Positions 47,504-54,815 of a DNA stretch of 54,815 nucleotides are shown here, piece by piece. Made by a program: the position numbers and the translations under genes. The notes under the pieces were generated by a model, which saw only the letters and a program-made list of their open reading frames with translations, had not been told where the DNA came from and ran no database searches. The stretch is from a virus (lineage: Duplodnaviria > Caudoviricetes). Each line of letters starts with the position of its first letter. Position 1 is the stretch's first letter. Location of the stretch: positions 1 through 54,815 of IMG/VR virus record IMGVR_UViG_3300020200_000038, one strand, 5' to 3'.

Positions 47504-49166
47504 TCAAAATCCAATGTTCCGGAACAAGTTCTCCGAGGATATTTTTATTCAAAAGTATCGCCACGATGGTTGTGAAACTTGGGCGGAATTAGCTAAAACT
47601 CTAGTCGATGATGTGTGTCAAGATCATATGCCTAAAGATGAGAAGGATCAGCTTAAGCAATACATTACTAACTTAGCATTTATTCCTGGAGGGAGGTATC
47701 TTTACTATGCTGGACGAAAGAAAAAGTTCTTCAATAATTGCTATTTACTTTCTGCGTTGGATGACTCTCGTGAAGATTGGGCTGAGCTTTCTCGTAAGGC
47801 TGAGCTGTGTCTGTCTACTGGGGGTGGCATTGGTGCTGATTATTCTATCTATCGCGCTAGTGGGAATCTTCTACACGGTACTGGCGGGATTGCTAGCGGT
47901 CCTATTCCCAAGATGCGTATGGTTAATGAAATTGGACGAGCTATTATTCAAGGGGGTTCACGGCGTTCTGCTATTTATGCGTCGCTTAATTGGAGACATG
48001 GAGATGTGGACCAGTTCCTTCTTGCTAAAGACTGGCATAACACGCCAGTAGCTGGTACAGACAAGACTATTGCTGATCTAAAGTTCGCTGACTTTAATTA
48101 CAATGCGCCATTGGATATGACTAATATATCGATCAATTATGATAACCGGTGGTTGTTTAATTACTGGGAAACAAATGACTACGGAGAAATATTCCTTCGG
48201 AATTGTCGACAAGCTCTTTCTACCGGAGAGCCGGGATTTAGTTTCAATTTCTTTGACAAAGAAAACGAAACACTTAGAAACGCATGTACAGAGGTTACAA
48301 GTCGGGATGATTCTGATGTTTGTAATCTTGGCAGCGTTAATTTCGCTGCAATTGATTCACTATCTCATCTGAGGGCTGTTATTGAGCTAGCTACAAAGTT
48401 TCTTATATGTGGTCTATTACGTGCTGACCTGCCGTATAACAAGGTGTATGAAGTTCGTAGTAAGAACAGTCGTATTGGCCTGGGTGTTATGGGTTTACAC
48501 GAATGGTTGATTAAACGTAATAAGCGGTATGAAGTAGATGAAGAACTTAAGAATTGGTTTGAAATTTATCGTGGGATTAGTGATTCTACAGCTATCAATT
48601 TTAGTAGGACCCTTTCTCTCAATATCCCTGTAGCACGACGGGCTATTGCACCGACTGGTACTATCGGTATTCTTGCAGGTACTACTACTGGCATTGAGCC
48701 TCTATTTGCTACAGCCTATAAGAGACGATATTTAAAAGGTACCAAGTGGAATTACCAGTTTGTAGTAGACAGTATTGCTCAAGACATGGTGGAGCTGTAT
48801 GCGGTCAACCCCGATAATATTGAGAATGCTCTTTCGCTATCGAAAGATTATGAGAGACGGATTAAATTCCAAGCTGATGTTCAAGATTATGTAGATATGG
48901 CAATATCTTCGACTATTAATATCCCTGCTTTTGGTACTGAGCTTAATAATGTCGATACTGTTAGTAATTTTGCTCGTGTGCTTGCTCGTTATGCCCCTAG
49001 ACTGCGTGGCTTTACGGTTTATCCAGATGGAAGTCGGGGAGGACAGCCTCTTGTCCCGGTTGCATATACAGAGGCATTAAGTAAAATCGGAGAGACTTTC
49101 GAGGAAGTAATAGCTATCAATGATATCTGTGATATCAGTGGTAGAGGCGGGAGTTGCGGTGTGTAA
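47484..49166 (+). CDS. nrdJ: ribonucleotide reductase, probably class II (B12-dependent)
   Basis: PGGR, NNC, GG.RRSA, GEPG, NACTE, CNLGS, APTGT, AISST.N, C-terminal C...C; no small-subunit gene seen. Confidence 0.85.
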   Translation: MPKFRSDQNPMFRNKFSEDIFIQKYRHDGCETWAELAKTLVDDVCQDHMPKDEKDQLKQYITNLAFIPGGRYLYYAGRKKKFFNNCYLLSALDDSREDWAELSRKAELCLSTGGGIGADYSIYRASGNLLHGTGGIASGPIPKMRMVNEIGRAIIQGGSRRSAIYASLNWRHGDVDQFLLAKDWHNTPVAGTDKTIADLKFADFNYNAPLDMTNISINYDNRWLFNYWETNDYGEIFLRNCRQALSTGEPGFSFNFFDKENETLRNACTEVTSRDDSDVCNLGSVNFAAIDSLSHLRAVIELATKFLICGLLRADLPYNKVYEVRSKNSRIGLGVMGLHEWLIKRNKRYEVDEELKNWFEIYRGISDSTAINFSRTLSLNIPVARRAIAPTGTIGILAGTTTGIEPLFATAYKRRYLKGTKWNYQFVVDSIAQDMVELYAVNPDNIENALSLSKDYERRIKFQADVQDYVDMAISSTINIPAFGTELNNVDTVSNFARVLARYAPRLRGFTVYPDGSRGGQPLVPVAYTEALSKIGETFEEVIAINDICDISGRGGSCGV

Positions 49167-49384
49167 TGGAAGCTAATCTTCTGACGTTTACAGTTACACT
49201 ACAGCAGGATGGCGAGTTACGATCTAATCTAGTTTATATTGATCCTAAGACGCTGGTCACTACACTAGATGAATTGAATCCAGAATACCCTAACACACAT
49301 ATTCTAGCCGCCATCCTGCGCAACTATATACGTGAGTTAGAATACATACAAAAGTACATTGATAAATTAATCGGTACGTTATGA
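49166..49384 (+). CDS. hypothetical protein
   Basis: TAATG coupling to the RNR gene. Confidence 0.55.
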   Translation: MEANLLTFTVTLQQDGELRSNLVYIDPKTLVTTLDELNPEYPNTHILAAILRNYIRELEYIQKYIDKLIGTL

Positions 49385-49430
49385 AGAACTTAACTCAATT
49401 AATAAATGCTCTGGAAGGAGAAGAAGATCA

Positions 49431-49964
49431 GTGACTTGGGAACAATATCTACTTAATCTAGCTGTAACTGTCTCCATGAAAAGTGAGGATCCTAGGACCG
49501 CTGTGGGTGCAGTGATCTACAACCCCTCTGACTACAGCATTGTTTCTACCGGTTATAACGGGTTTCCTCGTGGAGTAACTGCAGTTAAAACAGAACGATT
49601 TACCAAGTCTAATAAGCATCTGTTTTTTGAACATGCAGAACGTAATGCTATCTATACTGCTGCCCGTTATGGACATAGATTGGATGATTGCTATATGTTT
49701 GGGTTGTGGTTTCCTTGTCCAGATTGTGCTAGAGCTATTGTTCAGGTTGGTATTAAGAAGTTTGGGTTCTCGAACTGGTGGCTTGAGAAAGCATTTGGCG
49801 CAACAACACCACTACTGACACTAGGCATGGATACTAACAGTGTTGCTGAGACTTGCATTAATTCAGTAGCTGGTGATATACTACGAGAAGGTGGGGTTGA
49901 ACTTATTGTATCTAACGTCGAACCGGTGCCACTTGTTGGTCGTTGTGATACTAAGGAGTTTTAA
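49431..49964 (+). CDS. dCMP deaminase
   Basis: S.D....VGAVI, GYNG, HAERNAI, PCPDCAR. Confidence 0.9.
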   Translation: MTWEQYLLNLAVTVSMKSEDPRTAVGAVIYNPSDYSIVSTGYNGFPRGVTAVKTERFTKSNKHLFFEHAERNAIYTAARYGHRLDDCYMFGLWFPCPDCARAIVQVGIKKFGFSNWWLEKAFGATTPLLTLGMDTNSVAETCINSVAGDILREGGVELIVSNVEPVPLVGRCDTKEF

Positions 49965-49966
49965 GT

Positions 49967-50006
49967 AAAAAAAAAGTCCCCATAGCTTGTACGGCATATG
50001 AGGACT
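49967..50006 (-). terminator. intrinsic terminator for the minus-strand (late) transcript
   Basis: Minus strand AGTCCTCATA...TATGGGGACT followed by a T-run. Confidence 0.65.
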
Positions 50007-50042
50007 ATGTATTGAATGCAGGATTTTTAAGAAAGCTGATAG

Positions 50043-50375
50043 ATGAATAAAAAAACAACCGAGTATCTGATGAAGGATATGATGTATTCCTATTATGTTG
50101 TTGAGGCAGGCCGTGTAGCGGCTCTTAATCAGGGTTCAAGCGGGACTGTTTTTGTTAATGTACCAACTCAGGTAATTGTACGAGTTACTAATCAAGTTGA
50201 GTACTTTAATACTCAGTCATATCTTGACTGTGAGGTTATGCGTCGAGATAAGACTAATCGTATTGTGTGGGAGCGTACTTTCCTTAATCTGAATCACGTT
50301 TACAACATTTCACCAACTGAGGATCCTGAAGCTCCTGCTCCACTATTATCAAGCTCACAAAATTGTGAGTTCTAA
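50043..50375 (+). CDS. hypothetical protein
   Basis: 110-aa ORF coupled to the next gene. Confidence 0.6.
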   Translation: MNKKTTEYLMKDMMYSYYVVEAGRVAALNQGSSGTVFVNVPTQVIVRVTNQVEYFNTQSYLDCEVMRRDKTNRIVWERTFLNLNHVYNISPTEDPEAPAPLLSSSQNCEF

Positions 50376-50671
50376 TGAAACCGCGTGATTTTAAGCATCT
50401 ATTTGTAGGTGATGTTGTAGTTATTAAATGGTTTGATGCGCACTCTGATGCTGGGTGGCGTGACTTTATATCAATAGGAGGATATCAATACATATGCGAA
50501 ACTGTGGGATTTGTAATGGAGTGCGCAGAACACTATTTAGTCTTGGCGCAGAGCTTGGGATACGAGAATTACAACGAAAATCGGTATCAGATAAACAGGG
50601 CAGCCGATCTTATGAACATCCCTTATGTCAACATTTTAGATTTAAAGATCATAAGAAAGATAAATGGCTAA
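50375..50671 (+). CDS. conserved phage hypothetical protein
   Basis: V.I.W.DA....GW.......C.TVG......LAQS motif. Confidence 0.65.
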   Translation: MKPRDFKHLFVGDVVVIKWFDAHSDAGWRDFISIGGYQYICETVGFVMECAEHYLVLAQSLGYENYNENRYQINRAADLMNIPYVNILDLKIIRKING

Positions 50672-50708
50672 GGAGATTGTATTATGGCAATAAGGTCAAG
50701 GAATTAAA

Positions 50709-51176
50709 TTAATGAACATGCGTATTCCACTTTTCCAGGAATTTCTCTGGGGTACCTTTACCAAGATGGGTGTTGTAATACTTTTTCCAATAGTTGGCTA
50801 AATCAATAATATTGTTACCGTCAGGTAATGGCTCGGCTACTCTGAAATAGTGTATTCGAGCCATTGCTGTTGCCAAGTATAGGTTGCCGACCATAGCATC
50901 TGGCTGTGCTGGTTTCTCACCGGAGAACTGGCTAACGATGTTACGGAGAAGTGGCTTGTATTGGATAAAGTTGATAGTAATATCCTTGAACGTAGCAGGT
51001 TCCATTTGATAGATACCTAGAGCTGGGCCATCGTTCTGGATAAGATATTTACCCATGTCACTTTCGACAGCGGCAGTGCCTATAAGTAAATTGACTGCAG
51101 CTTTTGTATTAAACTGTGGTCCTATATTTGTTAGAGTAGGTATGATTACGTGATCACGTAAATGTGTCCAGAGCAT
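50709..51176 (-). CDS. lysozyme-like endolysin
   Basis: GTAAVES, GPALGIYQMEPAT, YWKKYYNT..GKGT; adjacent to the holin gene. Confidence 0.75.
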   Translation of the reverse strand: MLWTHLRDHVIIPTLTNIGPQFNTKAAVNLLIGTAAVESDMGKYLIQNDGPALGIYQMEPATFKDITINFIQYKPLLRNIVSQFSGEKPAQPDAMVGNLYLATAMARIHYFRVAEPLPDGNNIIDLANYWKKYYNTHLGKGTPEKFLEKWNTHVH

Positions 51177-51187
51177 TGGGCATTTTC

Positions 51188-51610
51188 CTATTTACCAGTT
51201 GTTCCTTTCCATTTCTCGAAGGTGCGTCCACCTGTGTAACCTAGATAACCAGCACCAAACAGCCACCACATGGCTTCTGGAATTGCAGCCAGCATATTGG
51301 AAGCACCATTGGCTGCGACTGAAACTTCTGTCGCCAAGCCAAAGGCACTAGAGATACCGCCTACAAAGCACAGAACAATGATGCTATACATAAGATAAAG
51401 AAATGTTGGTCTGGCCCTACTAGTCCATGGGTCTGTGCTTTTTGCTTCTGCAGTAATAGCTCCCATGGCTAACTCTAACTCTTTGAATTCGCCTTGTTGC
51501 TGTAGTTCTAAAAGTTTTAATTTTGCTTGTTCCTTAGCGACAGGATCAGGAATAACCTTATCAATGATCTTGAAGATCGGTCCTGCAATCAGTTCTACGA
51601 TTCCTAACAT
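51188..51610 (-). CDS. holin (3TM / GTA-holin-like)
   Basis: IDKVIPD, EA.S..W..RARP, TM segments, GY.G.RT.EK. Confidence 0.75.
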   Translation of the reverse strand: MLGIVELIAGPIFKIIDKVIPDPVAKEQAKLKLLELQQQGEFKELELAMGAITAEAKSTDPWTSRARPTFLYLMYSIIVLCFVGGISSAFGLATEVSVAANGASNMLAAIPEAMWWLFGAGYLGYTGGRTFEKWKGTTGK

Positions 51611-51611
51611 G

Positions 51612-52046
51612 TTATGGTGCCTTATTGAATATGTTGAAGCCAGCTTCTAATGCTCCTAGGGTACCGCCTATTAGTATGCCGATAACGCCTATGCCTTTAG
51701 CTACGCCTTTGGTTAGTTGAGACTCCCGCTTTAGTTTTTCTACATCATTGCGGGTTGTTAAAAAGTCAGCTAGGGTATCCTTGGTTATTAATTGTAAGCT
51801 ACTTATATGCTCCACTTGGTATAGTTGTAGGGTTTTAAGTTGTGCCCCTAGCTCTCTACCTAGCTCAGCAATCTGCGTCTGTAGCCTCTCATCTGACTTG
51901 TTTAGGGCCGAATGAATGGCTGCATGGTCAATACGATTCATCTGAACATGAGCTTCGGCAGTGTCTTTAATTGATCGTATTTCTGTTTCAACTGTTGCCA
52001 TACGTTCCCGTAAGGCGATATCAATCAATTGTGGAGACTCATCCAT
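51612..52046 (-). CDS. coiled-coil protein with C-terminal TM (lysis module)
   Basis: Heptad pattern plus GIGVIGILIGG. Confidence 0.6.
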   Translation of the reverse strand: MDESPQLIDIALRERMATVETEIRSIKDTAEAHVQMNRIDHAAIHSALNKSDERLQTQIAELGRELGAQLKTLQLYQVEHISSLQLITKDTLADFLTTRNDVEKLKRESQLTKGVAKGIGVIGILIGGTLGALEAGFNIFNKAP

Positions 52047-54815
52047 TATCTTGGGCCTTTACGTTCCGTAAATCAATTTGCCACCAGGAGTTATTATCAT
52101 CATCCACTACTAGCTTTGCGCCATAGTTTTGTTTGACATATGTTCCAATATCCTCGCCGCGATTGTATAGTCTAGAATATGACAGGCTACCCGGGTGTTC
52201 TTTTTGATAATCTTGGAGAACAGCCTGATACCGTGGATTGAGTGTCCGAGAAATCTTTTTTGTGCTTAGCGCTTTGATAATATCCGTATATTCTTGACTG
52301 AGGGGATTATCCAGTTGCGTGAATACGGCGATCATTTCAGAGCTAACTTTTTCCGACTGTGAGATTAAGTTATCTCTGAATTTATTCATGTTGTGTCTAA
52401 TCTTCGTCGGATTTCTTGTCCTCTGGAGCTGACCAGGTAGGGGCTTGGACCTTTTCTTACTTACCAGTAGACGAGCATGCTGGAACGATTCGATATCACT
52501 CTGTGACGGACTGTTCCAGCGTACCAGGTTGTCAATCTCTTCCTCCAGAATTTGTCTTCGTACTGTAGCATCAGGTACATCCTTTAAGCGCGCAAGAAAC
52601 AGCGGGATCCTGAGGATGTTGAGCATGTCGTCCGTCTTGCTGTGCCGAAAAAACTCTCCCGGCCTTGATCGTATTTCTGTTTCAGGCCAGGTTGTCAATC
52701 TCTCCCTCCAGAATTTGTCTTTTAGCTCGCCATAGTTTTGTTTGACATATGTTCCAATATCCTCTTGGTAGGTCAGCAGGTCGTCTTTAAGAGGCCAATT
52801 GTCCGAAATAAGATTCAAGGTCTTCATCAGTTGCGAGGCCGGCGGTATTGCAGTCTGATACAATCCGGCATAGTCATACAGTATGCGCTTGAGCTGGTCG
52901 AAGGGGATAATAAACTTAAGATTGTCAGGTATTAGGTCGCTTATAATACTATCTACAACAGCGCTTTTTATTTTTTCAAGAGGCCAGTTGTCCGAAATCT
53001 TTCGTGGCACTATTTGGTTAAAATTCTCTAGCTTGGCTGTCGTAGTTGGTGTTGGAAAGTGTATAAATTCAACACCATCTATTATTCCTTTTTTGATTTC
53101 GGCATTCACGAAGAATTGCCACCAGTTATCTTTCAACATCAAGAATGGTTGAAGCGTTCCAGCTGGGTATACCATTTTTAAGGAATGAGAAAGACTATAA
53201 TATAACTCGCTAAGTCCTTGGGCTTGGATTTGGGTGTTGTATTGATTTTTCCAATGGGCAGTTGTCTCAATATACCTCAAAGAATCCAGAAACCTCGGAA
53301 AATCGGATAATTCGCCTTCATACCCAAGTATTTTTATCAATTTATGTATGTTCTCTAGATAATCGCTTTGAATCTCTAGTACATATCGCTTGCTGCCAAC
53401 CCCACTCGTTGTATTATATGCCAGCTTAATATTGAAGTCTATTTCGGCCTGACTTACTAGGTCCCCTGATTTCATTGTAGCAGATTTTTCAGTAAGTAAG
53501 TTGTATAATTTCCCTGCAGCGGCTACGTATTTACTGTGGAGTCCAGACAGGTTGTCGGCATCAATTGTACGAGTATGTGCTAGATAATTAGTGAAATCCT
53601 TTGCAAAATGCTCTGATGTGAAGTCTATTCCAGGAATTTGATATATATTAGTTTGTGGATTGCCAAGTACATATGTCAAAACCTGATCTTGATTTAATAG
53701 ATTGCCGATGCGAGTAGTAGGATCCCGGGGAATACTCGCGTCACTGGGGTGATTACTAAGGTGAGTAAATGTTGCTAATGCTAGTTGAGACTTCCGTGCT
53801 TCTCCATATCGAAGAATAGATTCCATTTTAGGGTCGTTTTGCTCAGCAGCGATAGCCTGCTCAATAGGCAAGCGTTGCCGGGTTGCCGCTAGTTCTGGAG
53901 AAACAAAAAATTCTTTTCCTGTTCTGCTTGAAAACGCACGTGGAGAGTCTGCTGTGGATTTTCCCCCCGGTTTGGGGGCTATATTGCTTACTCGGAACGA
54001 CTCGACTTGATCAGCAGGAACATCGATGTACGTTAATATCCCGTTCGGGTACTCATGGTCGAGATACCACTGTGCTTCTGCGCGGTCATCAGTAAACCAA
54101 CGCCCCGTCGCCGCAAGCGTGTTTTTGTAATTGTCAGACTCTGTAATCCATGCAGCGATAGACTGCTTTGGAGCATCGGGATTTTCCTCCGCCCGATACA
54201 ATCGAACAGTTTTCGGGGTAGCAGCATTGCCTACTCGGAACGACTCGACAAGCGCCTCAAATGCACGCTTGGTAGCAGCTTCTGTCAAGTTATCCCGCAC
54301 TAGTTCTTTTAGGTAATCAAAGTTTTCAAGTATTTTTATACTATTGTCTAATGTTTTTAAATCTTCTTGTAGCATGTCGTAAGTCTTTACGGTAGTGCTG
54401 GCCGGCGCTCCGGCGCGTTCGGCGATACTAGTGAATTGCCCATAAGGCTGTCCAGTCGAATCGAGCAGTTTCCGAGTGGTGTAATTGCCATTTATAGGAT
54501 TAACTATAAAGTTAAAAAACGTATTGCCAATATTAGCTGTATCGGAAACAAGGTTGTTTTTCCTAAGTTGGTTATAAAGCTCCTTGAATTCTTCGGGTTT
54601 GACGGTGCTGGTGTACTCGAGGGTTAGCTCGGCTCTATCCCTTGGAAAATGGAGTTCTTGGTTGATGCGCTCAATGATCGAGTCGTTTGATTCTTGAGAC
54701 TGTGGTGCGGGTACTGCTGTAGTATTATGGAGTTTAGACGCGGGTGGCCGAAATACCCGCACCATATAGCGTTTCGTTTGCTGCGGTTCAAGGTTTTCAG
54801 GATTTAAGATCCTTA
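52039..54815 (-). CDS. large polyvalent-type internal virion protein, 5'-truncated at the window edge
   Basis: Frame stays open from 54765 to the right edge; contains an ART-like segment and HF...YLAHTR...LEIQSD...FPT motifs. Confidence 0.7.
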   Translation of the reverse strand, partial: RILNPENLEPQQTKRYMVRVFRPPASKLHNTTAVPAPQSQESNDSIIERINQELHFPRDRAELTLEYTSTVKPEEFKELYNQLRKNNLVSDTANIGNTFFNFIVNPINGNYTTRKLLDSTGQPYGQFTSIAERAGAPASTTVKTYDMLQEDLKTLDNSIKILENFDYLKELVRDNLTEAATKRAFEALVESFRVGNAATPKTVRLYRAEENPDAPKQSIAAWITESDNYKNTLAATGRWFTDDRAEAQWYLDHEYPNGILTYIDVPADQVESFRVSNIAPKPGGKSTADSPRAFSSRTGKEFFVSPELAATRQRLPIEQAIAAEQNDPKMESILRYGEARKSQLALATFTHLSNHPSDASIPRDPTTRIGNLLNQDQVLTYVLGNPQTNIYQIPGIDFTSEHFAKDFTNYLAHTRTIDADNLSGLHSKYVAAAGKLYNLLTEKSATMKSGDLVSQAEIDFNIKLAYNTTSGVGSKRYVLEIQSDYLENIHKLIKILGYEGELSDFPRFLDSLRYIETTAHWKNQYNTQIQAQGLSELYYSLSHSLKMVYPAGTLQPFLMLKDNWWQFFVNAEIKKGIIDGVEFIHFPTPTTTAKLENFNQIVPRKISDNWPLEKIKSAVVDSIISDLIPDNLKFIIPFDQLKRILYDYAGLYQTAIPPASQLMKTLNLISDNWPLKDDLLTYQEDIGTYVKQNYGELKDKFWRERLTTWPETEIRSRPGEFFRHSKTDDMLNILRIPLFLARLKDVPDATVRRQILEEEIDNLVRWNSPSQSDIESFQHARLLVSKKRSKPLPGQLQRTRNPTKIRHNMNKFRDNLISQSEKVSSEMIAVFTQLDNPLSQEYTDIIKALSTKKISRTLNPRYQAVLQDYQKEHPGSLSYSRLYNRGEDIGTYVKQNYGAKLVVDDDNNSWWQIDLRNVKAQDNG

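Noticed and set aside
1-54815. Alternative genetic code, integrase, phage RNA polymerase, introns/inteins
   Set aside because: Standard-code ORFs tile the genome, core genes are of ordinary length, and no such motifs were recognised.

Overview
A near-complete genome (54.8 kb) of a tailed dsDNA podophage. It is most similar in organisation to HMO-2011-type phages: family A DNA polymerase with a DnaJ-like CxxCxGxG insert, P22-like coat protein, and no RNA polymerase or integrase recognised. Two arms diverge from a control region at about 25.6-26.5 kb. The minus-strand arm encodes packaging, head, tail, ejection/internal virion and lysis proteins, and continues from the left window edge into 54815-50709. 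The plus-strand arm carries a GC-rich early region (Sel1 genes, repeats, a long-variable-arm tRNA with a TAT anticodon), then replication and nucleotide-metabolism genes. The most unusual signal is that several genes, mostly putative virion/ejection genes, contain patchworks of 20-57 bp tracts matching other places in the same genome. The matches are direct or inverted, in the same or a different frame, sometimes far apart, and the long ORFs stay open. Other signals: a GTATAC palindrome cluster, a duplicated hairpin/palindrome/(TTGGTTG)n module, a candidate sRNA, twin C-loop-like hairpins before the scaffold gene, and UvrD-Tudor-like and ART-like inserts in ejection proteins. All protein calls come from motif recognition and gene order; no searches were run.
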